Positions 10,026 through 20,003 of a DNA stretch of 64,000 nucleotides are shown here, piece after piece. The translations under genes were made by a program, and so were the position numbers. How positions within the stretch are numbered: position 1 is the stretch's first letter; each line of letters opens with the position of its first letter. Source of the stretch: an uncultured virus (IMG/VR IMGVR_UViG_3300031587_000158) (taxonomy: Duplodnaviria > Heunggongvirae > Uroviricota > Caudoviricetes); IMG/VR virus record IMGVR_UViG_3300031587_000158; one strand, written 5' to 3'. A model generated the notes under the pieces. The model had not been told where the DNA came from. It was given only the letters and a program-made list of their open reading frames with translations, and made no database searches.

Positions 10026-10955
10026 TTATATCATTCCTGCGGCGATTAGTCTCGAAGCCAATGGGGTATAAGAAGCTAGTACTGGTATACCTGGATCTAC
10101 TTTAAGTGCATTAATTTGCCCACCATAACCTGGGCTCTCCCCTATTTTTGCTAAATCAGACTTCTGGAGCTTCCAAACTGTTTGGGGACCAGCACCACCG
10201 GCATAAACGAAACTGGCATCTACATCGAGTGCCCTAATAGTCGAACCATAACCTGCACTCTCGGCTACTTTCGCTAAATTAGATTTCTGGAGCTTCCAAA
10301 CTTTATTGGTAGTCGAACCAGCGGCGTAAATAAAATCGTCATCTTCTGTAAGTGCATAAATAGTCCCTCCATAATTTGCACTCTCTGCTACTTTCGCCAT
10401 ATCAGATTTCTGGATCTTCCAAACTGTTTGGGTAGTCGCGCCACCTGCATAAACATAATTGTCATCTTCAGTAACTGCATAAATAACTCCCCCATAATCT
10501 GCACTCTCAGCTATCTTCGCTAAATCAGACTTCTGGAGCTTAAAAACTTTTTTGGTAGTAGCACCACCGGCATAAACGAAATTGTCATCTTCTGTAAGTG
10601 CATGAATATCACCACCATAACCTGCACTCTCGGCTACTTTCGCTAAATTAGATTTCTGGAGCTTCCAAACTGTTCTGGGACTAATAATTCCACCAATATA
10701 AACGAAATTGGTGTCGTCAGTAATAGCCCTAATATCATTGTTATAAGCAGCACTCTCAGTTACTTTCGCTAAATCAGACTTCTGGAGCTTAAAAACTTTT
10801 TTGGTAGTAGCACCACCAATATAAACGTAATCATCGTCTTTAGTAAGTCCATAAATAGTCCCACCATAACTTGCACTCTCGGCTATCTTCGCTAAATTAG
10901 ATTTCTGAAGCTTCCAAACTTTCAGAGTAGTAACTCCCCCAATATAAACGTACAT
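10026..10955 (-). CDS. Seven-bladed beta-propeller repeat protein, paralog of 9058-9993
   Basis: Same 41-aa repeat; similar C-terminal tail SYT..AS.LI..G.I. Confidence 0.85.
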   Translation of the reverse strand: MYVYIGGVTTLKVWKLQKSNLAKIAESASYGGTIYGLTKDDDYVYIGGATTKKVFKLQKSDLAKVTESAAYNNDIRAITDDTNFVYIGGIISPRTVWKLQKSNLAKVAESAGYGGDIHALTEDDNFVYAGGATTKKVFKLQKSDLAKIAESADYGGVIYAVTEDDNYVYAGGATTQTVWKIQKSDMAKVAESANYGGTIYALTEDDDFIYAAGSTTNKVWKLQKSNLAKVAESAGYGSTIRALDVDASFVYAGGAGPQTVWKLQKSDLAKIGESPGYGGQINALKVDPGIPVLASYTPLASRLIAAGMI

Positions 10956-10971
10956 ATTACATCAGACAAAC

Positions 10972-11439
10972 TCATAGGGTATAATAAATTTGTAAACCAA
11001 ACTGTATATCCCGGATTGCTAAATCGTCAACATTCGAACGAAGGTCTATGAGTTGAAATTCTACCTGACTTCCACTTGCTACCTGAGCTGAAACATCTAT
11101 GTTATCCATTAAAACATCGCCTCCCGCTGAAGCACCTGCTGCAACATCTAGAGTAGCTGCCTCTATTGTTATTCCCGTTACCCACGAACCTCCTGCTACC
11201 TTCTTAACCTGAACACTACCGGGTATTGCAACATAGTTCGCTGCTGCACAGTATATCTCTCTGAACTTCATTACCAAAAATGCTTTCCATGCCGTTGCAC
11301 CTGCTGGTAATATTGGTGTAAGTCTTGTTGTAGTATCCAATGCTGCGGGATCTGTTGCTGCTTTCAGAAGTAGCTCATCTTCAAAACCACCCCATAAGGT
11401 TATGAGTCCTCGAATTCCCGCTACACCCATCCTACCCAT
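10972..11439 (-). CDS. Putative virion structural beta-sandwich protein
   Basis: Ala/Gly/Val-rich with beta-strand pattern; lies in the structural operon. Confidence 0.6.
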   Translation of the reverse strand: MGRMGVAGIRGLITLWGGFEDELLLKAATDPAALDTTTRLTPILPAGATAWKAFLVMKFREIYCAAANYVAIPGSVQVKKVAGGSWVTGITIEAATLDVAAGASAGGDVLMDNIDVSAQVASGSQVEFQLIDLRSNVDDLAIRDIQFGLQIYYTL

Positions 11440-11457
11440 TTTTAACCCGTCCTAGTG

Positions 11458-11853
11458 CTATTCTAAGTTTTGTGTTATAACGTTGTAAGGTATAGCCCTA
11501 TCGATACCTTCATCGGCATCCTCCTCGTACGTTATCTTCCATGGCTTGTTGATTGTGAATTCACTATCCCAAGCTCGTTCATCAGTAGCACCAACGGTAA
11601 CTGCCTGTTTTATCCATAAATCGTAGTTCGAGCCGTCTACCTTTCTATAAATGCGAAAAGTTCCAGTCTGTGTCATGTACCGGTTTGATGCGTCTAACCA
11701 TATCTTTCGTCTTTTAGTTGATGTATCTTCGTAAATCTTTTGCTCACCTCCCGCATCCGTGTAGGTGTATGGTCCCGCAGTTGCACTGCTACCGAGTAAA
11801 GCTATTATGTCATCTATTACGCTTTTCAGGTATTTTATGAATCCAATAGCCAT
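11458..11853 (-). CDS. Putative virion structural protein
   Basis: Short N-terminal helix plus a beta-rich domain; operon context. Confidence 0.6.
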   Translation of the reverse strand: MAIGFIKYLKSVIDDIIALLGSSATAGPYTYTDAGGEQKIYEDTSTKRRKIWLDASNRYMTQTGTFRIYRKVDGSNYDLWIKQAVTVGATDERAWDSEFTINKPWKITYEEDADEGIDRAIPYNVITQNLE

Positions 11854-11862
11854 TCTAACACC

Positions 11863-12108
11863 TCACAATGTTAATATTATCTCCGATGTACATGCAGTAA
11901 ATGTTTTCTTACTGGATGATCCACTCTTTTCAGCTTCTATCGAGTACTCCTTACCGGGTATCAATCGGATACGCCATAATCCATCTTCTTTAACACGAAC
12001 ACTGCCCACTTCTTCTGTGCCAGTAATGAGAGTTACCGTTGCACCGCTGATTGGTTTACCCCTAGAGTTTACTACTCTAAAAGTTTGTATACATCGTGGT
12101 ACTTCCAT
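11863..12108 (-). CDS. Stand-alone carboxypeptidase-regulatory-like (prealbumin-fold) domain
   Basis: G.PISGATV...AEKSG motif; shares segments with the repeats of 12115-13566. Confidence 0.75.
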   Translation of the reverse strand: MEVPRCIQTFRVVNSRGKPISGATVTLITGTEEVGSVRVKEDGLWRIRLIPGKEYSIEAEKSGSSSKKTFTACTSEIILTL

Positions 12109-12114
12109 ATCCTA

Positions 12115-13566
12115 TTATTTCACCTTTCTCAATGTTAATACTATCATAAGACCCCCTTCTTTTGTTGTCGTAAACGTTTTTTCACATTCTACACATTCAT
12201 AGCCTACTTTATCGGCTATTACTCTGAAATCTCTGTCCGGTGCTAATCTTGTAGCCCATAACCCCTCTTTCTTAACACGTACAGTACTCATAATCTCTTT
12301 ATCAGTTATGAGAGTTAGCCTTGCTCCCTCCAAAGGTTTACCTTCCTCATCAACTACTTTAAATTGATATATACCACGAGGTATCAGTACTTCTACCGGT
12401 ACTTCCGTCAATGTTAGTGTTATTGTTGGTGTGCAAGCTACAAATATTCTTCTGCAATCTATGCATCCATAACCCTCTTTTTCTGCGGTTACCGTATAGT
12501 CTTCACCTTCTTCTAGATCTACACTTGTCATTCCTGAGCTATCAGTAAATTTCTTACCGATACCAACAATTATTACCGTTGCAGCACCGATAGGTTCACC
12601 CTTCTCATTTGTTACCTTGAACCGCATCTGGCACTTTTTGATTGCTGGCTTAACCGCTGGTGGTGGCGGTGCCTTCAATGTTAGTGCTATCGTCGGTGTA
12701 CAGGCTGTGAATGTTCGTTTGAAATCAACTCCTTCATAACCACTCTTTACTGCTTCTATTGTGTATTCTTTACCCTCTTCCAACTCCACGCTGGTCATTC
12801 CCGAGGCATCGGTATATTTTATGCCGATACCAACTATCCTTACTATAGCAGCGCTAATAGGTCCTCCCATCTCATCCATTACCTTGAACCGCTGCTGGCA
12901 TTTTGCGATCGCTGGCTTAACCGCTGGTGGTGGCGGTAGTCGTGCCTTTAATGTTAGTACTATCGTCGGTGTACAGGCTGTGATTACCTTCTTGCAGTCT
13001 ACACATTCATAACCACTCTTTTCAGCTTCTATCGAGTACTCCTTACCCTCGTCCAGACCTCTGATGGTTATTCCTGCAGCATCGGTATATTGTATGCCGA
13101 TACCAACTATCCTTACCGTAGCCCCACCAATTGGGATTCCCTTCTCATCTATTACCTTGAACCGCTGCTGGCACTTTATAATTGCTGGCTTAACCGCTGG
13201 TGGTGGCGGTGGTGATAGAGTTATAATCTTCCTAAAATCCTCAACCCATTTTCCTTTTTCTTCATGGCCACCCGAAAAAATAACATTTGTTTTCTTATTA
13301 GGCATTACGAAACTGCAGGTTATTTTGTCGGTTATGTCTGCACCGGTAAATTTTCTATTGACTCTGGAAACACAGAGTGTATCGTCGTACTTTATCATGA
13401 AAATGCTATTTAGTGTCGGGCTTATGAGACCAAGTGGACCACGAGGGTATTCGGCGCGAACATGTAAATCGCAAGTTATTCGTTTCCCAACTGGAACTTT
13501 TTCTACGTTTCTATCATATGAGATACCGTCAAAGGTTACGAAAGAATAAGTTAATACTAGTGGCAT
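12115..13566 (-). CDS. Protein with four tandem carboxypeptidase-regulatory-like domains and Pro-rich linkers
   Basis: Repeats of FKV.DE.G.PI..A.V...TD..G...AEK.GY, joined by PPPAVKPAI linkers. Confidence 0.85.
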   Translation of the reverse strand: MPLVLTYSFVTFDGISYDRNVEKVPVGKRITCDLHVRAEYPRGPLGLISPTLNSIFMIKYDDTLCVSRVNRKFTGADITDKITCSFVMPNKKTNVIFSGGHEEKGKWVEDFRKIITLSPPPPPAVKPAIIKCQQRFKVIDEKGIPIGGATVRIVGIGIQYTDAAGITIRGLDEGKEYSIEAEKSGYECVDCKKVITACTPTIVLTLKARLPPPPAVKPAIAKCQQRFKVMDEMGGPISAAIVRIVGIGIKYTDASGMTSVELEEGKEYTIEAVKSGYEGVDFKRTFTACTPTIALTLKAPPPPAVKPAIKKCQMRFKVTNEKGEPIGAATVIIVGIGKKFTDSSGMTSVDLEEGEDYTVTAEKEGYGCIDCRRIFVACTPTITLTLTEVPVEVLIPRGIYQFKVVDEEGKPLEGARLTLITDKEIMSTVRVKKEGLWATRLAPDRDFRVIADKVGYECVECEKTFTTTKEGGLMIVLTLRKVK

Positions 13567-13612
13567 TTTTTCTTTCCCTCTTTTTTCTTATATTTTCTTT
13601 CTATATTTTTTT

Positions 13613-14032
13613 CTATTCTTCCCATGCTAAACTCAGTGTCCCTTTAGTATGATATACTATTATTACATCGGTTATGGAAGCACTACCAGCACCCACCTCG
13701 GTGTTATTAAATTTCAAGAACATATTATAGGGAAAGGCTATTATACCCGGGATTAAACCAGCTTCGGTTTTTTCAGCCCAGTCAAATTCATCCTTTTTAT
13801 CCTCAGCCTCGGGGGATAAGAAACCATCAAGTGATGGAATATATAATCCGACCACCCACTTATTTATACTCCAATCTGCAGCAGCTATAAGTATCGACAA
13901 TATTTCTGCGCCGATAGTACCACTATCTATCTCCAAATATTTTGATGCGCCGTTATTAATCGTTTTACTTCCCGAAGTAACTGTCCGTAATTTTACATGT
14001 TGCTCGCCTGCAGACGGAGTAAAATCTGCCAT
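13613..14032 (-). CDS. Putative structural beta-sandwich protein
   Basis: 139-aa beta-rich ORF in the structural operon. Confidence 0.55.
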   Translation of the reverse strand: MADFTPSAGEQHVKLRTVTSGSKTINNGASKYLEIDSGTIGAEILSILIAAADWSINKWVVGLYIPSLDGFLSPEAEDKKDEFDWAEKTEAGLIPGIIAFPYNMFLKFNNTEVGAGSASITDVIIVYHTKGTLSLAWEE

Positions 14033-14034
14033 CT

Positions 14035-14883
14035 TTACTTCCTCTTCTCACACCAATACTCTACGCCCTCACCTGCATTATCCGCATCTATCCATACTTC
14101 ACTTGCCTTTTTCACGTAAAGTTTATTTGAATCGTTAGCAGCTAGAGGTACTCGTTTCGCTGCATCAATTGTAGTATCTTTTGAATTACCATGGTAAATA
14201 TTGCCTGCATTACTACTCTTCGCTCTTACAACTAATGCATAACCATCTGGGACTGGTAGTGCTGCTAATTGTACAGGCGTTCCTGGGGTGGTTACATTTT
14301 TTTGATCGTGTGTCCATGTATCAGGATTAGTAAATCTGGTTTCTAAAAGCTTATGTATCTCCTTGAGTTCACTTAAAACTGGCTCGAGTGATACCGCCGG
14401 GGTTGGAACCACCGTAGGAACTTTCACGATTTCTCTAATTTTCTCAGGGGCTAATGGTATCCCTAATAGAGCATTACGAATTTGCATGAGTACCGGTAAC
14501 ATATCGATGAATTTGCTTGCCATTTCAAGTGTTATTACTACCGGGGCATCACTATCTACCCTGAATTTAAAATAGCGATACATTAACACCTCTTTTTCCT
14601 CTATTGCCTCATTTAAACTCACAAATGCTCTACCAGCTTCATCAAATGTCTTTACCAATCCTCCCACGGGTCTCCATTTAACCCTATCTTGTGAAACCTC
14701 GGCTAAAGTTAATGTCGCAGCTCTATTCACTTCGATAAACAATGTTATGTACGTATAGCCCAGTGTATCGATCACGGCTGCCGATTGAGGAATTACCTCT
14801 TCGTTATCAAAAATTAAAGATCCTAGAGGAGCTATACCCATGACATATGGTGGCGGGTTTATCGCCTCAGCAAGTCTTTCCAT
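14035..14883 (-). CDS. Putative two-domain virion protein
   Basis: Two beta-rich domains joined by a Pro-rich/helical linker; C-domain contains VRAKSSNAGNIY.G. Confidence 0.6.
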   Translation of the reverse strand: MERLAEAINPPPYVMGIAPLGSLIFDNEEVIPQSAAVIDTLGYTYITLFIEVNRAATLTLAEVSQDRVKWRPVGGLVKTFDEAGRAFVSLNEAIEEKEVLMYRYFKFRVDSDAPVVITLEMASKFIDMLPVLMQIRNALLGIPLAPEKIREIVKVPTVVPTPAVSLEPVLSELKEIHKLLETRFTNPDTWTHDQKNVTTPGTPVQLAALPVPDGYALVVRAKSSNAGNIYHGNSKDTTIDAAKRVPLAANDSNKLYVKKASEVWIDADNAGEGVEYWCEKRK

Positions 14884-15928
14884 ATTTATCGCTATTATTT
14901 TGTAATTCGTGCATATAAATTATACCGATATTGTTCCACGAATATCTCTCTACTAATTCCTTCTGTTTTGTTACCATTTGTTCTCTTAAGTCTTCCCTCT
15001 CAAAAATCTCAGAAATTGCGATCGCTATCTCTCTCGGGTTATTTGTTTTTACCTTAAGGACGCAATCATCTGGGATATCCTCAAAGAAGCTTATAGCAGA
15101 TGAGGCAATCGGGACAAACGAGGATATACCATCTCGTATCGCCGCGCTACTTGAATAGGTAAAAAGCTCTTGATAGGGGTAAAGTAGAGCGTTACATGCA
15201 TGGAGAGCCGAGGCTATCTTATCCAAGGGCAGATACATACCCCTGCCCCCTACTTCAATAACCTCGACACCCTCTTCTTTCACAACCGCTTCGAAGCTCT
15301 TTTCAGCAGTCTTAGCCATCTCATAACCTTTTGAAAAACTCCTTATCAAAAGTGAGATATCCGGGTATTCCTTCTGAAGAATACCTATCGCCTTTACTCC
15401 CTTATCAAAACCTTTCCAGGTTTCAAAAAAGCCATACATCCCGACCATTTTTCTATCTTTATCCACACGCAATCGCTCCCTTACCTTATCACGATCCTCC
15501 AACTTAAAATTTCGGAACCCCATCGGGATGATAATGATCTTATCGGGCGAATTTCCCCGCTCTATTAATCTCCTTTTTAATCTCAGGTTGCTAACGATAA
15601 TCTTATCAACTTTATGCTCGATTATATCATTATCTTCTACTGACCAATCACTCCAGCCGTGCATGGTTATAGCGCTGGTAATCTTCATCCTTCTCAGCCT
15701 ATTTAAAAAGCGGTTTAGCTCATGGATGTGGTATAGGCTGTACTCAAACTGTATATTCACGAGATCAGGCTTGAAAGCTTCGATGGATCTAAAATTCTTA
15801 ATATTATTCGTTAGAAGTATGTTGGCGCCATTTTTATCAAGAGCTTTTGCCAAGTCATCGGTATAATTACCAATACCACATGGCAGCCCAAGTGAGCTGC
15901 AAACAAGGCAAACTCGAAAGTTAGTCAT
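14867..15928 (-). CDS. Glycosyltransferase, GT-B/GT4 family
   Basis: CGIGNYT N-terminus, YGFFETWKG, LYPY....SSAA and YSW motifs. Confidence 0.9.
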   Translation of the reverse strand: MTNFRVCLVCSSLGLPCGIGNYTDDLAKALDKNGANILLTNNIKNFRSIEAFKPDLVNIQFEYSLYHIHELNRFLNRLRRMKITSAITMHGWSDWSVEDNDIIEHKVDKIIVSNLRLKRRLIERGNSPDKIIIIPMGFRNFKLEDRDKVRERLRVDKDRKMVGMYGFFETWKGFDKGVKAIGILQKEYPDISLLIRSFSKGYEMAKTAEKSFEAVVKEEGVEVIEVGGRGMYLPLDKIASALHACNALLYPYQELFTYSSSAAIRDGISSFVPIASSAISFFEDIPDDCVLKVKTNNPREIAIAISEIFEREDLREQMVTKQKELVERYSWNNIGIIYMHELQNNSDKYGKTC

Positions 15929-17041
15929 TCAAAATCCCTCCATTAATTTTAGCCATTTCGGAACTATATAATTATCCCATGAATAGTTCCATGCCTTCTT
16001 TAATGCATTTCTTCCATACCATTCACAAAGTCCAGGATTCTCGTATATCCTTACCATCTTCTTGACAAAATCATCAATTGATGGTAAATATTCATGTACC
16101 AGTGCTGTTCCTATTATCTCCCGCTCGACATCTACGACCTCACCACAGTGCGGATTAACCAATTCGGATAGTGCAGTGTGATTGGGGACTATTTGTGGCA
16201 TTCCAGTTGCCATTGACTCTAAGTGACTAAGCCCAAACCCCTCTGAGCGTGAGAGCGAGATATGCACATCTGCGGTATTATAGATGGAATTTAGTATTAG
16301 TTGAGTGGTATCAAAAAATTCCCTGGTGAATCTAACATTATCGGCTATCCTATAATATCGAGCAAGTTCGAATAAATTCCAACCGATCTTATCCCTTGGA
16401 TCAGTATGGATGAATAGTATACTCTCATCTGGATATATTTCGTTAAACTTCTTATATGCTACGAGTAAGTCAGGTAAGTTTTTGCGAGGCTGGTTTCGAC
16501 CTACAAATTCCCATACCCATTTATTTTCTGGTAAGTCAGCATGTTTTTTCAAATCTATGATCTCCTCATCCTTCAGTGGGTAATAGACGCTTGTATCGAC
16601 ACCAAAGGGAATTAGTATGCTGTTAAATCCTGCCTTCTTTAATTCTTTCCTTCCGTAATCCGACACACTTACCAGTTCATCAAATTTACTAATAACAGGT
16701 GGCCACGATTCAGGGATAGGACTTCCATCGATAGGCAATACCGCTATCGTACTTGGAGTATCTTGAATATTCACTACATAGTCATACATCTTCAAATCGC
16801 CTATGAGTATCAGTAACCCAGGCTTTAGAATTTTCAAAAGTTTGGGGAGGATCTGTATGCCAAAGTCTGAATAGTCACCACCTCTATTTATTCCATGAAC
16901 ACTGATAATTGATTTGTCCGAGAACGGTGTCTTGACAGGAACTGGTCCTTCTGATATAACGATGTCCGCTATGTCGATGTCAATACCCAAATCAGCAAGC
17001 CGAAAAGCGATTGCATTTGTAACACGGGAATATCCAGTCAT
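15929..17041 (-). CDS. Glycosyltransferase, GT4 family (start uncertain)
   Basis: VGRNQPRKN and EGFGLSHLESMATG motifs. Confidence 0.92.
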   Translation of the reverse strand: MTGYSRVTNAIAFRLADLGIDIDIADIVISEGPVPVKTPFSDKSIISVHGINRGGDYSDFGIQILPKLLKILKPGLLILIGDLKMYDYVVNIQDTPSTIAVLPIDGSPIPESWPPVISKFDELVSVSDYGRKELKKAGFNSILIPFGVDTSVYYPLKDEEIIDLKKHADLPENKWVWEFVGRNQPRKNLPDLLVAYKKFNEIYPDESILFIHTDPRDKIGWNLFELARYYRIADNVRFTREFFDTTQLILNSIYNTADVHISLSRSEGFGLSHLESMATGMPQIVPNHTALSELVNPHCGEVVDVEREIIGTALVHEYLPSIDDFVKKMVRIYENPGLCEWYGRNALKKAWNYSWDNYIVPKWLKLMEGF

Positions 17042-17097
17042 TGATTCTGTATAATATTCACTACCATCCTTCTTCTTATGCTTCAGTAAACTCTCTC

Positions 17098-18084
17098 CTA
17101 AAATGAGAACTTTCTCTGCCGTTTTAAATCACACTCCACCATTTCTTTTATTAACTCCTCAAAGGTGTAAGTCGGTTCCCAACCAAGGCTCTCTCTTGCT
17201 TTTGTGGCATCCCCCTGAAGTGTAGTCACATCAGCAGGTCTAAAATACTTATCTGAAATCTTTATATAGCGTGCCCAATCACTCCTCCAATCGATTCCGA
17301 CATGATTAAATGCTATATCCAAGATGTCTTCAATTGAATGTTGTTCTCCTGTCGCTAAGACGTAATCATCAGGCTTTTTCTGCTGGAGCATGAGGAAAAA
17401 TCCTCTCACATAATCCTTTGCATGACCCCAATCCCTTTTTGACTTTATATTCCCCAGCTCTATATACTTCTCTTCCCCTTTTGCTATCCGAGCCACACCG
17501 TTGGTTATTTTCCTTGTTACAAACTCTATCCCTCTCCTCGGTGATTCGTGGTTGAAGGCTATACCGTTACAGATGAACATGTTATAACTCATCCGGTAAC
17601 TGAGGCATGTATAAAATGCGCCGACTTTTGACACAGCGTAGGGACTAAGTGGATAAAAAGGTGTTTTTTCTGTTTGTGGAACTTCTTGAACTTTCCCAAA
17701 CATTTCACTAGAAGCAGCATTATATACTTTAATCGATTGGTTGTATAGTCGTATTGCCTCAAGTAGTTTTAATGTCCCCACAGTATTCGCCTCATAGGTG
17801 AAAGTAGGTTGTCGCCAACTTTCACCGACGAAACTCATTGAGGCAAGGTGGTAAACCTCAGCAGGGTCAGACTGTTTTAGTGCCTCGTAGAGCGATGATT
17901 GATCTGTTATATCACCAAAAATCAATGTTATATTATCCAGAATATGCTCTATTCGCCATAGATATCCCGAAGTACTGTGTCTCCTTATTAGACCATATAC
18001 TTCATAACCTTTTTCTAAAAGCAGCTCTGCCAAATATGAACCGTCTTGTCCACTAATACCCGTTATTAACGCATTCTTACTCAT
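17098..18084 (-). CDS. gmd: GDP-mannose 4,6-dehydratase
   Basis: ALITGISGQDGSYLAE, SPYAVSK, FNHESPRRG.EFVTRKI and RDWGHAKDYV. Confidence 0.96.
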   Translation of the reverse strand: MSKNALITGISGQDGSYLAELLLEKGYEVYGLIRRHSTSGYLWRIEHILDNITLIFGDITDQSSLYEALKQSDPAEVYHLASMSFVGESWRQPTFTYEANTVGTLKLLEAIRLYNQSIKVYNAASSEMFGKVQEVPQTEKTPFYPLSPYAVSKVGAFYTCLSYRMSYNMFICNGIAFNHESPRRGIEFVTRKITNGVARIAKGEEKYIELGNIKSKRDWGHAKDYVRGFFLMLQQKKPDDYVLATGEQHSIEDILDIAFNHVGIDWRSDWARYIKISDKYFRPADVTTLQGDATKARESLGWEPTYTFEELIKEMVECDLKRQRKFSF

Positions 18085-18760
18085 TAGTCAAGATCCTCCC
18101 AGTATCTACATATGTCCCGGAAAACGCTCTCAGCCTCACTTCCTCACCCATTGTAATTAATTTATTTATCGCATCGCTTATCTCAAGTTCACCTGAGGTC
18201 TGATTTGGTGTGATATTTTTGATAGCATTGAATATTAGCTCATTGAACCTATATGCTCCGCATATTCCCAAATTACCCTTATTCCAATCCCACGATTTTG
18301 GTTTCTCCACCACACTCTTTATAATATTCCCCTCGTATTCGACCATACCATGTTTAGTCGGGTCATCTACTCTAGTTACCAAAACTTCGTTAGAGTCATC
18401 AAGTATCTTTAATGAATCTGTTGGAAATAGTATCGTATCACCTAAGACGACTAAAAACTCCTCTTCCTTTATAAATTGTTTAGCTCGGAATATCGCATCA
18501 GCGATACCCTTCGGCTCTGGCTGTATCACATACGCTATATCTATATTAAACGCAGAGCCATCTTCCAGATAAGAGATTATACCTTCCTTCTTCCAGCCAA
18601 CTACAAGTATTACACTCTCTATATCAACCGCTTGAAGTGCCCCTAGAATGTGGTCGATTGCGGGGTGCCCTCGATAAGGAATAAGGGCTTTTGCCATTGC
18701 TAGTCCAATTTTTCCTAGACGAACACCTTTACCCGCTAATGGTATTATCGCCGTTTTCAT
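18077..18760 (-). CDS. Sugar-1-phosphate nucleotidyltransferase (RmlA-like)
   Basis: LAGKGVRL, QPEPKGIADA, VEKP, GELEISDA and DTG motifs. Confidence 0.9.
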   Translation of the reverse strand: MKTAIIPLAGKGVRLGKIGLAMAKALIPYRGHPAIDHILGALQAVDIESVILVVGWKKEGIISYLEDGSAFNIDIAYVIQPEPKGIADAIFRAKQFIKEEEFLVVLGDTILFPTDSLKILDDSNEVLVTRVDDPTKHGMVEYEGNIIKSVVEKPKSWDWNKGNLGICGAYRFNELIFNAIKNITPNQTSGELEISDAINKLITMGEEVRLRAFSGTYVDTGRILTNE

Positions 18761-19776
18761 ATTAACTTCCCGTTCCATGCGGGATGTAAATTCTTCTTTA
18801 TCTCAATATTTTCAAGATATTTTGGTTCTTTAGGACCCACTTCCTTTGCCCACTCGATCGCTTTTCTTATCCCCTCTCTCAGTGGTGTCTTATCCTGGTA
18901 TCCTAAGAGCTTGACTGATTTCTCAACTGTACAATAGGCTTTTTTTACTTCACAACTCCTCTCGGGGAGGTGTATAGGTTGGATATTTGAAGGGAACTCT
19001 TCTAAAACGATTTTTGCTATCTCATTAAGAGTATTCGCTTTTGAAGCACCTATATTTATTACTTCACTAATAACCCTATCGTCAAATCCAGCTCTGATAC
19101 ATGGTTCCACTATGTCCTCGATGTATGAAAGTGCTCGTTTTGCAGATCCATCACCGTAGATGTAAAAAGGTTTGTTCCTCAGTAAGCAATTAATCCATAT
19201 CATTAATACATTGCGATAGGGGTCTGCTAAGTTACTCCTCGGGCCATATATGTTATGAGGAGCAAGTATTACATATTTTAAGCCATGAGCCTCAGAGAAG
19301 ACCTTTAATACACCCTCGGCCGCAACTTTTGCTACTCCATACACATCAATAGGATCTGATGGATACTCTTCTGAAAACGGTGCCTTGAAGTTTCCATGAC
19401 CATACCTTGCCATACTGCTGTAAAAAACTACCCTTTCTACATCGAAGTTCACACACGCCTTGAAGATGTTTATAGCTGCATTGCATGTCGTGGTGAATAT
19501 ATCTACGGGGCAGAAGAGAGATAATCCCTCATGGGGGTGAGCTGCCAAGTGATGGACAATCTCAAATCTCTCCCTTTTAAATAGCTCTGTAACTTTCTCA
19601 TCATCTCGTAAATCAAATATAGAGTACGAGAAATTACCTGCTTTGATGTTATCCTTGTATCCGCCCGACAGGTCATCAACCACATAAACGATATGTCCCT
19701 TCTTAACTAACTCTTCTGCTATCCACGAACCGATAAATCCGAACCCACCTGTCACGAGTATCGTCTTTGTTTCCAC
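18757..19776 (-). CDS. NAD-dependent nucleotide-sugar epimerase/dehydratase
   Basis: TGGFGFIGS, YGVAK (YxxxK) and NIYGP. Confidence 0.93.
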   Translation of the reverse strand: METKTILVTGGFGFIGSWIAEELVKKGHIVYVVDDLSGGYKDNIKAGNFSYSIFDLRDDEKVTELFKRERFEIVHHLAAHPHEGLSLFCPVDIFTTTCNAAINIFKACVNFDVERVVFYSSMARYGHGNFKAPFSEEYPSDPIDVYGVAKVAAEGVLKVFSEAHGLKYVILAPHNIYGPRSNLADPYRNVLMIWINCLLRNKPFYIYGDGSAKRALSYIEDIVEPCIRAGFDDRVISEVINIGASKANTLNEIAKIVLEEFPSNIQPIHLPERSCEVKKAYCTVEKSVKLLGYQDKTPLREGIRKAIEWAKEVGPKEPKYLENIEIKKNLHPAWNGKLI

Positions 19777-19794
19777 TCTCGCTCACCGCTATTA

Positions 19795-19844
19795 GGATCT
19801 ATTTATAAAATTTATATAAGAGCTATATATATTTTATATAAAAG
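19795..19844. promoter_or_regulatory. Divergent AT-rich promoter region of the glycosylation island
   Basis: Several TTTATA/TATATA boxes between the divergent starts at 19776 and 19845. Confidence 0.6.
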
Positions 19845-20003
19845 ATGCCCGAGTTTAAACTTGAAGGTCGTGAGATGCGAATTTATACGGTGAAGGAAGG
19901 TAAAGGTTACGGATATATCTATCTTCACAAGGAGCACGTGGGTGAGAAAGTGGCGATAATATTCGATCCGAAGCTGAATGAGGGTGAGGGAAAAGATGTC
20001 TAA
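19845..20003 (+). CDS. Small DUF2080/AbrB-like putative transcription regulator (52 aa)
   Basis: Manual translation ...YTVKEGKGYGYIYLHKEHVGEKVAIIF...; first gene of the operon. Confidence 0.65.
   Translation: MPEFKLEGREMRIYTVKEGKGYGYIYLHKEHVGEKVAIIFDPKLNEGEGKDV

Noticed and set aside
9058..10955. 123-bp repeats as a CRISPR array or DGR target
   Set aside because: The repeats are in-frame coding units without unique spacers; no cas or reverse transcriptase gene is in the window.
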